A stretch of DNA of 63,803 bases, filler included, from Octopus bimaculoides (lineage: Eukaryota), in NCBI RefSeq assembly GCF_001194135.2. It is 6 parts of 6 records of this genome, joined end to end, with 100 filler letters (N's around TTAATTAATTAA, not from the genome) between each part and the next. Parts side by side here need not be neighbours in the genome. Positions count along the whole stretch, not along the records: positions 1 to 10,287 come from NC_068989.1; positions 10,388 to 17,629 come from NC_068985.1; 4 more parts are not named here. The stretch is one strand, 5' to 3'. The translations under genes and the position numbers were made by a program. The notes under the pieces were generated by a model that saw only the letters and a list, made by a program, of their open reading frames with translations, was not told the origin of the DNA and did not search any database. Shown piece by piece: positions 1 through 11,720 of the stretch. Position 1 is the stretch's first letter, and the number at the start of each line of letters is the position of its first letter.

Positions 1-350
1 CTGCATGTTATATATATTTGTAAGACCTGGTGTTTTTGTTATGTATTTGTCTGAATATTTTTTTTTATTATACCTAAGGCGCCTACTATGATAGGAATCG
101 TTTCTGTTTTTAGATTCCACATTCGAGTTACCTCTATTTCCAGGTCTTTGTATTTTGAAAGTTTCTCCATTTCTTTTAGGGAAACGTTGTCATCTGCTGG
201 TATTGATACATCAATTAGAAAGCATTTTTTTCTTCATGATCTCTGACAACTATATCTGGCCTTTTAGCCTTAATTTCTCTATCTGTGTGTATTGGCATAT
301 CCCAGAGTATAGTTGCTTTCTCGTTTTCTGTGACTTTTTCTGGCGTGATC
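1..350 (-). mobile_element. Dong/R4-clade non-LTR retrotransposon remnant, restriction-like endonuclease (REL) domain
   Basis: Minus strand reads TPEKVTENEKATILWDMPIHTDREIKAKRPDIVVRDHEE, then after one frameshift in an A-run CFLIDVSIPADDNVSLKEMEKLSKYKDLEIEVTRMWNLKTETIPIIVGALG. This has the PD..D..K..KY..L pattern of R2/R4-type REL endonucleases. Confidence 0.8.
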
Positions 351-392
351 TTATCTCAATCTAATACTACCAAATCTCCTGTGGGTGCACTA

Positions 393-640
393 GATCGTAT
401 CTCAATCTAATTGTCACCGTAAATGACTGAGGCTTTCCTTTCTCTGTCTCTATCGCAATTCTCTATGATAACCAAGTCGATACAAAGAGTCGATACCAAG
501 GAAATGGAGAAATATTGGTTCCTAATCAGAGGGTTGAACAAATTGTGGAAGACTGAAACAATAATTATTCCTGTGGGTGAACTTGATCGTGTCTCTCTCA
601 CTATCTCTCTCATTCCCTCTCTTTCTCTCTTACTTCTTTT
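393..640 (+). mobile_element. Second, highly decayed REL-endonuclease-like fragment in opposite orientation
   Basis: ORF 423..797 contains KEMEKYWFLIRGLNKLWKTETIIIPVGELDRV, resembling the KEMEK..KY..L...W..KTETIPI.VGALG stretch of the adjacent element. Confidence 0.35.
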
Positions 641-689
641 CGGTGGCCATGATGGAGCACCACCCTTTAGTCGAAGAAATCGAACCCTG

Positions 690-905
690 GAATTATTTCC
701 TGTAAGCCTGGTACTTATTCTGTCAGTCTCTTCTGCTGAACAGCTAAGTTACGGGGACGCAAGCACACCAGCATCGGTTGTCAAACAATGGTGGTGAGGA
801 CAAACACACACGCATATATATATATATATGGGCTTCTTTCAGTTTCCATCTACCAAATTCACTCACGAAGTATTGGTCGTCCCTAGGCAATAATAGAAGA
901 CACTC
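690..905. mobile_element. SINE fragments (gctaagttacggggacg..ggacaaacac tail plus inverted ggcttctttcagtttcc..gaagacac tail)
   Basis: Both motifs recur in the window (32345-32555, 55325-55525, 57485-57690, 61140-61335; and 21950-22105, 52820-52940, 58085-58215). Confidence 0.65.
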
Positions 906-966
906 TTTAAAGTATAGAGATGAATTTTGTGTAGCCACCTGTTAGAAACTTTCTCGCTCACCCATG

Positions 967-1132
<166 letters not shown>

Positions 1133-1454
1133 GCAAAACACTTTCAATACAGTAACCATAAGAGCATCACAGCAAACCACAGCACATACCCAAGGCACAC
1201 AGAGCTGCGCTCGGTAGTGAAGTGAAAGCACGTTATAAAAATAAAACTACTAACAATAATAATAATAATAATGTGAAGAAGAAGAATTGATACTTGCATT
1301 GTAGACGTGTAGAAAAGTGCGAGAATCCTAAGAAAGATTCTTGAGATTTCAGGAGACAGACTTGTTGTCACCAAACCTAAATATAACATTTTCGCTAATT
1401 AGATTAACACGCAATAGCTTTAAAATAATAATACTAATACTAATAATAATAATA

Positions 1455-1532
<78 letters not shown>

Positions 1533-1676
1533 TTAATAATAATCATAATAATAATAATGTTGTTGATGTTTAAATTGCAATGAAGGAAACTTGAACCTAG
1601 GTTAGAAACCAGCTCTTTATTGGCAAGAAATCTTGAAATAAAACTGAACAATGATATACATACATATATGTATGTA

Positions 1677-1724
<48 letters not shown>

Positions 1725-1934
1725 CCCACGCAATTCATACTCTATGAATGATTACGATATCATGGACTATAGCAATCTGCAAGACCTTCTTAATATTTAA
1801 AGGATGATGAACAAAACAAGATACTTTCCTTCACAACATTGCTATCAAGTAAATGGCTGGTCAAAGTTTACACTAAATTAAAAAGAGAAAGAGAAAAACA
1901 TGCACATACATACATATATACACACATACATACA

Positions 1935-1967
<33 letters not shown>

Positions 1968-1987
1968 GCACATATACATACATACAT

Positions 1988-2384
1988 TGTTGTTGTTGTT
2001 GTTGTTGGCACTCCGTCGCTTACGACGTCGATGGTTCCAGTTGACCCGATCAACAGAACAGCCTGCTCGTGAAATTAACGTGCAAGTGGCTGAGCACTCC
2101 ACAGACACGTGTACCCTTAACGTAGTTCTCGGGGATATTCAGCGTGACACAGTGTGACAAGGCTGGCCCTTTGAAATACAGGTACAACAGAAACAGGAAG
2201 TAAGAGTGAGAGAAAGTTGTGGTGAAAGAGTGCAGCAGGGTTTGCCACCATCCCCTGCCGGAGCCTCGTGGAGCTTTAGGTGTTTTCGCTCAATAAACAC
2301 TCACAACGTCCGGTCTGGGAATCGAAACCGCGATCCTATGACCGCGAGTCCGCTGCCCTAACCACTGGGCCATTGCGCCTCCAC
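1988..2384 (-). mobile_element. Full-length tRNA-derived SINE with (AAC)n tail
   Basis: Minus-strand head GTGGAGGCGCAATGGCCCAGTGGTTAGGGCAGCGGACTCGCGGTCATAGGATCGCGGTTTCGATTCCCAG has A box TGGCCCAGTGG and B box GGTTTCGATTCC. A homologous copy lies at 62696-63075. Confidence 0.85.
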
Positions 2385-3074
2385 ACATACATACATACAT
2401 ACATACATACATAAATACTCTGTTGTTGATGTTGAAATTCCAATAAAGGACCTTGGATCTAGGTTAGAAACTGGCTCTTTCTCTATTGACAAAAAATCTT
2501 CAAATAAAACTGAATAATGACATACGTAATACATACATACATACATACATAGTCATGTACACAAGTTTCGCCTAGCGGCTGATGACAACTGACAGTTACG
2601 ACCAGCCATGTTCTGATATAAAAATAAAATCTTCACACAGCACCAAGTATTGAGTTCTATATCAGATAATGTCTGCAACCTGTATAACATACGCTGATAT
2701 ATGTTTTAAAATTCTTACATTATGATATATACGTTCATGCATACATACATAATACATACATATATACATGACTACATTCATTCAAACAGACATACATATA
2801 TACACACATACAAACACGCGTATTTATAAATGTGCATCTGTGAGTGTACGCATACATGTACATACACACACATTCACACAAATATTTGAGAACCAGTAAC
2901 GTAAACATTTTATGTACACATGTGCCCATGCGCATACGACGCACCCACACAGACCTATCCACACAACATATATTATAAAATACACACAAAGCAATGTACA
3001 ATAAATTTAATGATCGTCTGCATTGTTCATTTATTTTTGTTTCGTTTTATTTTTCTCGAATCGTTTATATAAAA

Positions 3075-3165
3075 CTAGCAGAAATACCCGGCGTTGCCCG
3101 GGTTAAAGAGAATAATGAAATCTAAAAACGCCGTCTAGACTACGCATCATCTTTATATATAGAGA
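3075..3165 (-). mobile_element. 91-bp non-autonomous Helitron
   Basis: Minus strand: A|TCTCTATATATAAAG ... CCCGGGCAACGCCGGG hairpin, 8 nt, CTAG|T. This gives canonical Helitron 5'-TC and 3'-hairpin-CTAG ends in an A|T site. Confidence 0.75.
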
Positions 3166-4329
3166 TGTATATACACACACGCACCCAAACACACGTATAT
3201 ATATGTATATCAATATAAATATATGAAAGTCAATGAAGTTTCGTAAAAGAAGGTGATCATGTACATACTTTCTTGCTGTTGTGATTATAACACCTCATTG
3301 TAAACTATGTTCCTTGTTTTCCCTTGTGGAGCATATACAAATAGGTTTTTTGTTGCTGCCCACTCTTGAGCAGCCAACATACAGTTGTCCATGTGAGAAG
3401 CAGGGCTCTTCCAAGACAAGATCAGCTACAGACAGTGTTTGACCCTGATATTTGTTTATGGACATGNNNNNNNNNNNNNNNNNNNNNNNNNNNNNNNNNN
3501 NNNNNNNNNNNNNNNNNNNNNNNNNNNNNNNNNNNNNNNNNNNNNNNNNNNNNNNNNNNNNNNNNNNNNNNNNNNNNNNNNNNNNNNNNNNNNNNNNNNN
3601 NNNNNNNNNNNNNNNNNNNNNNNNNNNNNNNNNNNNNNNNNNNNNNNNNNNNNNNNNNNNNNNNNNNNNNNNNNNNNNNNNNNNNNNNNNNNNNNNNNNN
3701 NNNNNNNNNNNNNNNNNNNNNNNNNNNNNNNNNNNNNNNNNNNNNNNNNNNNNNNNNNNNNNNNNNNNNNNNNNNNNNNNNNNNNNNNNNNNNNNNNNNN
3801 NNNNNNNNNNNNNNNNNNNNNNNNNNNNNNNNNNNNNNNNNNNNNNNNNNNNNNNNNNNNNNNNNNNNNNNNNNNNNNNNNNNNNNNNNNNNNNNNNNNN
3901 NNNNNNNNNNNNNNNNNNNNNNNNNNNNNNNNNNNNNNNNNNNNNNNNNNNNNNNNNNNNNNNNNNNNNNNNNNNNNNNNNNNNNNNNNNNNNNNNNNNN
4001 NNNNNNNNNNNNNNNNNNNNNNNNNNNNNNNNNNNNNNNNNNNNNNNNNNNNNNNNNNNNNNNNNNNNNNNNNNNNNNNNNNNNNNNNNNNNNNNNNNNN
4101 NNNNNNNNNNNNNNNNNNNNNNNNNNNNNNNNNNNNNNNNNNNNNNNNNNNNNNNNNNNNNNNNNNNNNNNNNNNNNNNNNNNNNNNNNNNNNNNNNNNN
4201 NNNNTTTCTCTCTCTGTGAAAGTATCTGTCACTACAGTATCGAAATGTGATTGTTTCAGTTGGTGGAATAGTTTCATTTTTAAAGTGAAAGTATTTGACA
4301 TGAGTGTTTTTGTTTCACTTTTGACACGT

Positions 4330-4488
4330 AATACTTAAATAATGGAGGAGATATTATGTTGCCGTGTGCTCGAACTCTGCAAGAAGTTAATAATTTTTTT
4401 TGACTAAGACACAACTGGAACCCTAAGTAAGGCATGTGTAAAATTTGAATGAAATTGGTTGCGTAGTTCTCGAGTTTTAGGGATTCAC

Positions 4489-4530
<42 letters not shown>

Positions 4531-4585
4531 CGACATACAGACAGACAGACAGACAGACATACATTCTCATTTTTATATATATAGA
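4330..4585 (-). mobile_element. Helitron-type non-autonomous element with internal (GACA)n
   Basis: Minus-strand 5' end A|TCTATATATATAAAAATGAGAATG followed by (TGTC)n and aaaactcgagaactacgcaaccaatttcattcaaattt. The 3' CTAG end was not identified. Confidence 0.55.
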
Positions 4586-4654
4586 TGAAGATGATAAAAA
4601 ATTAGATACATGTGATGGAGGAGAAAAACTGAGAACAAACAAAAGTTAATGGAA

Positions 4655-4741
<87 letters not shown>
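4655..4741. repeat. (TTA)n directly abutting (TAA)n, a self-complementary microsatellite
   Basis: Direct reading: ~50 bp of TTA then ~36 bp of TAA. Confidence 0.95.
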
Positions 4742-4743
<2 letters not shown>

Positions 4744-5015
4744 GGTGTATAGATAATGACAATCTGAAGATAATAGGAGAAAGGCTTGTGCAGTTAGAAC
4801 TGAGTGAAAAAATAAGACAATTATTTTGGTGAATATTTTGATGCCAGATGTAACTGTACAGCATAATGGAGAAAAAAAACCAGCTACATTAGATGAAAAA
4901 GGATAAACATACTTATGTATATACAAAAATATTGATAAATATTCAGATATTTAAACCACCTACCTGCATATATACAACTATGTATAGAAATGTCTATCTA
5001 TCTATCTATCTATCC

Positions 5016-5061
<46 letters not shown>

Positions 5062-5144
5062 TTATTTATGTATGTATGCATGTATGTATGTATGTATGTA
5101 TCTATCTATCTAGTATTTCTCTCTGTCCGTCCGCCCGTTCGTCC

Positions 5145-5192
<48 letters not shown>

Positions 5193-5551
5193 GACTGTCT
5201 GTCTGTCTGTCTGCCTGTCTGTCTATAAGTCTGTCTGTCTATCCGTTCGTCCGTTTGTCTGTCCATCTACCAGCCTTAATTCATACATACATTGAAGGAA
5301 GCTCAGTGTGTAATGAGTTCCTCATATGCAATGGCATCGAAGCATATGCATGCGCACATGCAAATTTATACGCATACATACGCATGCGTACATGTACGTA
5401 TGCGTGCATACAAATGCAGTTATGCAAACATGCATACATGCATCAATCCATTCATTCATCCATCCGAAGATGCTTTGCATCAGTGACAGTCAAAATTCAT
5501 ACACACATGCGTACATACATACATACATACATACATACATTGGAGCAACAG

Positions 5552-5795
5552 GATACATACCAACCTCTAGAGAAAAGTATGGCTGAACTTGGATTCTTGG
5601 GGAGAGAATGTAACTCCCTGATTCATACTCTAAAAGAATAACACGATATCTGACTGCAAAAATCTGCAAGACCTTTTAAGATTTAAAGGATGAAGGTCGA
5701 CAAAAAAGATACTTTCCTTCACAACATTGCTACTAAGTAAGTGGGCCGTGAAAATTTACTCTAAAATTAAAAAGAGAAAGAGAGCATGCTCATAC
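5552..5795. repeat. Unclassified ~240-bp dispersed repeat (partial copies at 1735-1905 and 6499-6645)
   Basis: Shared blocks ctgaacttgg.ttcttgg..aga, aatctgcaagacc...aagatttaaaggat and aagatactttccttcacaacattgcta. Confidence 0.75.
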
Positions 5796-5832
5796 ATACA
5801 TAAATACATACATGCATACATACATACGTAAC

Positions 5833-6320
5833 CTGTGGTCACCTCTTCCTTTTTCCCTTCGACCAGCATAAAGGCAAGACGAACTACTATCTCTCTCCGC
5901 TCAAGTTCGTCACATCACAACGTTCAGTATCTCATCGCGTTCGGCTTAACGGCCCTTAACGTTGTTTTCACTGTTTAATTTTTTCTGTCTTGGTTTTTGT
6001 TTGCTACTTTGGAATCCGCCGCTTAGCAGGTTAATCCACTTCGCGGGAAGAGCTATTCTAAGAGTGCGTTCTGCCTCATCTTCGAAACGCCTAGGCAGCT
6101 GATGAAGGAAAAGTTCCATAAGTGGCTTGTCTGTTTTCCTATGTGTTCATTCTGTTGTCCGTAAAAAAAGTCCGTTTTTTTTGTGCTTTGTTAATGTTCC
6201 CGTTCCTTTTTTGTCCACGTTTTTTGACGTCCTGTACTCGGATATGCATCTATATATACATGTAGATGTAGATATGTACATATATGTATGTATACAGGCA
6301 TATGCTCATATATCATTTGT
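5833..6320 (+). mobile_element. Dispersed repeat, possibly the terminal region of a Penelope-like element; homologous copy at 55790-56265
   Basis: Shared blocks gagttcgtcacatcaca.cgttcagtat, cttcgcgggaagagc.attcta, agctgatgaaggaaa.gtt and gacgtcctgtac.c.gatatgcatctatatatacatgtagatgtag. The homology is seen directly; the class is a guess. Confidence 0.55.
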
Positions 6321-6677
6321 ATTATTACGTACATACATACATACATACATACATGTGCAAATAGTTGCCCTCGCGACATCAGTGTGGTCAGTAAACTATA
6401 GGAGAAAGAGGACATCTATGTACCACTGATAAAGAGTTTGGAAATCCAGTACCTAAGATATACTTTCAGCTTCATACCTAGTATTATTATAGCAAGAAGG
6501 TACATACCAACCTGTCTGGAGCAAATTATGTCTGAACTTGGGTTCTTGGAGAGAAAGCTCAACTCATTAATTCATGCGCTACAAAAGATCACGTTTTCTG
6601 CTGATAATAAAAATCTTCAAGATCTTCTTAAGATTTAAAGGATACACGCGCGCGCGCACACACACACACGCACACGC

Positions 6678-6725
<48 letters not shown>

Positions 6726-7739
6726 NNNNNNNNNNNNNNNNNNNNNNNNNNNNNNNNNNNNNNNNNNNNNNNNNNNNNNNNNNNNNNNNNNNNNNNNNNN
6801 NNNNNNNNNNNNNNNNNNNNNNNNNNNNNNNNNNNNNNNNNNNNNNNNNNNNNNNNNNNNNNNNNNNNNNNNNNNNNNNNNNNNNNNNNNNNNNNNNNNN
6901 NNNNNNNNNNNNNNNNNNNNNNNNNNNNNNNNNNNNNNNNNNNNNNNNNNNNNNNNNNNNNNNNNNNNNNNNNNNNNNNNNNNNNNNNNNNNNNNNNNNN
7001 NNNNNNNNNNNNNNNNNNNNNNNNNNNNNNNNNNNNNNNNNNNNNNNNNNNNNNNNNNNNNNNNNNNNNNNNNNNNNNNNNNNNNNNNNNNNNNNNNNNN
7101 NNNNNNNNNNNNNNNNNNNNNNNNNNNNNNNNNNNNNNNNNNNNNNNNNNNNNNNNNNNNNNNNNNNNNNNNNNNNNNNNNNNNNNNNNNNNNNNNNNNN
7201 NNNNNNNNNNNNNNNNNNNNNNNNNNNNNNNNNNNNNNNNNNNNNNNNNNNNNNNNNNNNNNNNNNNNNNNNNNNNNNNNNNNNNNNNNNNNNNNNNNNN
7301 NNNNNNNNNNNNNNNNNNNNNNNNNNNNNNNNNNNNNNNNNNNNNNNNNNNNNNNNNNNNNNNNNNNNNNNNNNNNNNNNNNNNNNNNNNNNNNNNNNNN
7401 NNNNNNNNNNNNNNNNNNNNNNNNNNNNNNNNNNNNNNNNNNNNNNNNNNNNNNNNNNNNNNNNNNNNNNNNNNNNNNNNNNNNNNNNNNNNNNNNNNNN
7501 NNNNNNNNNNNNNNNNNNNNNNNNNNNNNNNNNNNNNNNNNNNNNNNNNNNNNNNNNNNNNNNNNNNNNNNNNNNNNNNNNNNNNNNNNNNNNNNNNNNN
7601 NNNNNNNNNNNNNNNNNNNNNNNNNNNNNNNNNNNNNNNNNNNNNNNNNNNNNNNNNNNNNNNNNNNNNNNNNNNNNNNNNNNNNNNNNNNNNNNNNNNN
7701 NGAGAATAGATGCTAGAGCTATAAGGCCATTGCCTGGTG

Positions 7740-9240
7740 TGGCTGGAATTCGTTTATCGAAGAGGACAATTTAACTAAGACAGGAAAAGTCCGTCTGAGA
7801 AGGAAATCTCTCAAAGAAAGTGGAAAAACAATTTTGATTTCAAATATCTTCATTCTTGTGGCCACAGCCACCGACTGGAAAGTCTTAGGAATAATTCCAG
7901 TTAACCATCGGGAGATCAGAGACACACAAAAGACATTTGTGATTTGCAATGAATTGTTGAGTCAACAAATGGGCACCGCAATGCTTCAAGAGATTCCTCT
8001 GACAATCGGGAACCCAGCCTTAGTGTGAAACTATACCATCTTTTGATGAAACATGATAATGGTGTTGATTTTGCCTTGAGGAACTCGCTGCTGAAGATGT
8101 TGGAGTCTTATGAGTGAAGGACAGAGCAGATATTCTCACTTCGACCCAACGCATGCAACAGGCCAATCAACCTTGTCAATATCTATGCCCCTACAATCTC
8201 CCTATATATAAGATGTAAAGGGCGATTTTTACAATTAGCTCTCAATGGTAATACGAAGGTATACAAAGTCAAGATCACTTACTGCTTCTTGGTAACTCTG
8301 ATGTCAAAGAAGGTGCTCATCACGATTTCCAGTCACACTACATAGGATGGACAGTATAAAATTAATGGTATAAATAAAAATGAGAAACGTCTGCTTGAGT
8401 TCGTATACTCCACGCATTATGCCTTACCAACATTACATCCAGACACAAGCTCAGCGCAAACTGTGTTGGAGACATCTTCACTCTAAACAATGACATCAAA
8501 TAGACTAAGTCACCACCACCTGAAAAAAGTGCTCATAACTGGATGTTCCAGAGTGCTAACTACGCCACGGAATAATCTCTGGTTGGCAGTTAAATCAAAC
8601 TTTGGTAAAAAAAGAAACAAAAAAACACACACACTCTATCCCAACCCCCACAAGCTATCAGTGCATTAATAGTTAGAATTAACACTAAAAAATGTAACGG
8701 AGTTCATTAAGTCCCTGGAGATCGCTCTTCATACCGACCCACGAGGAGATGCTTAGATGAGATGGAACATTCTCAGTGACCTAGCCACAACACTGCATTC
8801 AAGGTTTTCAAAAAGATACGAGTAAGACAAAGGCTGTTTTGAAGCAACCCCACGTACGTTCATCGTTATAATCGAAGCGTGTTGCATCACTACAAAGGAA
8901 ATACCATCCCACTCAGGCATCTCTGTAACTGCTAAGGACAACCATAAGTAAGACTCAGAAATCAACGAAACGCTATGAAAATGATTACTAATTGTGACTT
9001 TCTGGGGGCATCCATTCAGGATTTGATATAGAAAAGGTTCTTGAAGTGAATGAAAAAAGACCAAGAATACCATCGACCCAACCCTAGGGTAAGAGAGCAC
9101 CACTGAAAACCACAATATAAAGCATCCTCAAAGACAAAGGTTAGCAGACAGAGAGATGGATCGAGGAACTCTCTGAAATCTACTTCGAAGTAAATAGCAG
9201 TTCAGACAGCAACCAGAGCCGCGGAATGCCTGCCTAACGT
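7740..9240 (+). mobile_element. Decayed RTE-clade LINE: APE endonuclease and linker, many stops and frameshifts
   Basis: Fragments read HDNGVDFALRNSLLK, PINLVNIYAPT, KGDFYN, DH-LLLLGNSDVK and CWRHLHSK, matching RTE endonuclease motifs (HGVGFAV, IYAPT, LGDFNA, WRHP.SK.WH). Confidence 0.7.
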
Positions 9241-9327
9241 ACAGAACCTGGATATACTGCCGGCTGTCGAAGACTTATCCTCTTGCAAGGTGCACACATA
9301 CGGAGATGTATACTTAGATACAGAAGC

Positions 9328-9677
9328 CTCCTCCTCCTCCTCCTCCTCCTCCTCCTCCTCCTCATTCTTCTTCTTCTTCTTCTTCTTCTTCTTCTTCTTC
9401 TTNNNNNNNNNNNNNNNNNNNNNNNNNNNNNNNNNNNNNNNNNNNNNNNNNNNNNNNNNNNNNNNNNNNNNNNNNNNNNNNNNNNNNNNNNNNNNNNNNN
9501 NNNNNNNNNNNNNNNNNNNNNNNNNNNNNNNNNNNNNNNNNNNNNNNNNNNNNNNNNNNNNNNNNNNNNNNNNNNNNNNNNNNNNNNNNNNNNNNNNNNT
9601 TCTTCTTCTTCTTCTTCTTCTTCTTCTTCTTCTTCTTCTTCTTCTTCTTCTTCTTCTTCTTCTTCTTCTTCTTCTTC
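9328..9677. repeat. (CCT)n/(TTC)n microsatellites spanning a gap
   Basis: Direct reading; N gap 9403-9599. Confidence 0.95.
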
Positions 9678-10287
9678 ACTTTGCTTTTTCTCTTCCTTTC
9701 TTCGTTTTCCACCCATCTGTTTGTTTTATTTCACTTCCATTCTTTTTTTTCTTTTCTTTTCTTTTCTTTTGCTTCGCTTTCTTATGCTCAAAGGATATCC
9801 TGTTAAACCATCTGCACAAAACAACTGGATATAAAAGGCAGAGATTCCAGACATGAAAGACTGCTTAATCGACGCCTAGTAAAATGGTATCTCGTCGCTA
9901 GAGTACTAACTGATGCAGCAGTCACGGCTGGAGCGACTGCATTTGAAGGCACTGTCTGCTACTGTTGACCTAATACACATCATGTAATAAGATCTATATA
10001 TGCAATGCCATTTCTGCATGAATACATACATTCGTACATACATACATACATACACACATACATACATACACACACACATACGTACGTACGTAATATATAC
10101 ATGAATACGTGCATACATACGTACGTACATACATACATATATACGTACATACATACATACGTACATATATACATACGTACGTACACATATAGATACATAC
10201 GTACGTGTATACATACTTACATACATTCACACATGCATACATACACACACATACATACATAATACAAACATGCATACATACATACAT

Positions 10288-10387
10288 NNNNNNNNNNNNN
10301 NNNNNNNNNNNNNNNNNNNNNNNNNNNNNNNTTAATTAATTAANNNNNNNNNNNNNNNNNNNNNNNNNNNNNNNNNNNNNNNNNNNN
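10288..10387. other. Artificial 100-bp linker: 44 N + TTAATTAATTAA + 44 N
   Basis: Exactly the same structure occurs five times in the window. Confidence 0.95.
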
Positions 10388-10424
<37 letters not shown>

Positions 10425-10426
<2 letters not shown>

Positions 10427-10468
10427 TCATCATCGTTTAACGTCCGCTTTCCATGCTAGCATGGTTTG
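10425..10468 (-). mobile_element. Very short RTE 3' end with (GAT)n tail, abutting (TA)n
   Basis: catcatcatcgtttaacgtccgctttccatgctagcatgg matches the reverse complement of the tails at 44992-45198 and 53479-53619. Confidence 0.8.
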
Positions 10469-10711
10469 TACACGCACATCAATTTTCAGTTATACAACAA
10501 CAGCCACCTTCTTGTACTTACGCCATCTTGGAGGAATTATAAAGGCTAGGTCACAACCCCTTTCTCCAGACTAAAACGGTTTAAAAATCTACCTTTATTC
10601 TTCCATATATACCCAAATCTACCTTCCTTCTACCATCTAGCTTTGTTCTATCACCTATACCAAAATCCAGCTTTGTTCCACTCAGAAACAGTTCAGAAAT
10701 AATGCACCTAC

Positions 10712-10845
10712 CTGAAAGATGTTGGAACGTAACTGCAAACCTTCATGCAACCACTGATCAAGATGTTGTAAATATTGAACACTGATACGTTTCTCCCGGG
10801 TGAGTGTAGAAACAGGGAAACATCGTACAACTATCTGCTCACAGG
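10712..10845 (-). CDS. Sbf: Sbf/MTMR5/13 internal exon (4th of 4 seen), PH-GRAM region: (A)[44 protein letters not shown]
   Basis: Acceptor ttttcaacAG and donor GTAGGT; 134 bp, phase 1 to phase 0. Matches recalled SBF1 [23 protein letters not shown]...LQLRSCTFQ. Confidence 0.93.
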
Positions 10846-10974
10846 CTGTTGAAAAACATGATGTTGAAGAAAATTGATAGTTGGATGTTTTGAGAGGTAT
10901 TTTGATGAGGGAGAAATAACAGAAAAAAATTTTGATACTACACATACCTAGCAGAGATATGGCACCATGATAGA

Positions 10975-11265
10975 AATCTAAATTTTTTTTTTACTTCAAT
11001 TAAGGTGCATTTTTGATTGAAACTCCTAATCTTGAAAGGGAATGAATTATAGACATCTTCAATATCAAATATGAGAAGGAAGTAGTGAGTTGTGCCATCA
11101 ACATACAGAATAACCTTATTGTCTTGATTGATATTTGTGGTTGACTTTATAAACAGAACAAAGAAGTGAATGGTAAAAATTTGGTCAGTCCTAAGTGAAT
11201 TTTGATCAATCAAACCTGCCATCAAAGACATTCCAGCTATGAGTATCCTGTAGGATTTTTTTTTA
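10975..11265 (-). mobile_element. Decayed Penelope-like element reverse transcriptase fragment in an Sbf intron
   Basis: ORF 10938..11270 contains IKSTTNINQ...LLIFDIEDVYNSF, resembling the PLE RT stretch IRSTTN.NQW...F..FDI.DFYPSI (recalled). Confidence 0.5.
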
Positions 11266-11502
11266 GACAAAATATATCTGCTTTCTTTCTTTTTAAAATA
11301 ACAGAGTGTAATTTTAGGATGACTTATCTATTATTTCTAGCTGGTTAAAGTGCTTACATAGAGTCTTCTCCATTAGCTTGCCACATTTGCACACTTAGCA
11401 TAAATAGCATCAAAATCCCTTTAAGAAGACAAAACCTTTACATCTACTTATGCAATAAATATATCACTCAATAATAATAATAATAATCATACCCAGCAAA
11501 AT

Positions 11503-11720
11503 AATGGTTTCAAATTTTGGCACAAGACCAGCAATTTTATGGAGAGGGATTAGTTGATTATATCAACTCCAGTACTTTATTGGCACTAATTTTATTGGCT
11601 GTAAAGAATGAAAGGCAAAGTTGGCCTCAGTAGGATTTGAACTCAGAATGCAAAATGCTGGAAAAAATTCTGTTAAGCATTTTGTGTGACACACTAATAA
11701 TTCAGCCAGCTTGTTGCCTT
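11503..11720 (-). mobile_element. Old tRNA-derived SINE (gagttcaaat..gcctttcatcc..cacaag family)
   Basis: Homologous to copies at 19487-19685, 20605-20790, 23158-23323, 31890-32100, 50424-50561 and 59068-59500. Confidence 0.7.

Noticed and set aside
2305-2384. tRNA genes at SINE heads (also 52344-52418 and ~63000-63075)
   Set aside because: They have A/B boxes but no complete acceptor stem and continue into repeat bodies, so they are tRNA-derived rather than tRNA genes.
3366-4338. Long ORFs of 250-380 aa (also 6574-7716, 59471-60274 and others)
   Set aside because: They are open only because they run through N gaps.
6085-6125. Complete hammerhead at cgaaacgcc..ctgatgaaggaaaagttcc
   Set aside because: No GAAA follows stem II and no convincing stem I or III exists in any permutation.
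10332-10343. TTAATTAATTAA as a regulatory or PacI-like biological motif
   Set aside because: It always sits between exactly 44 N on each side, so it is a synthetic spacer.
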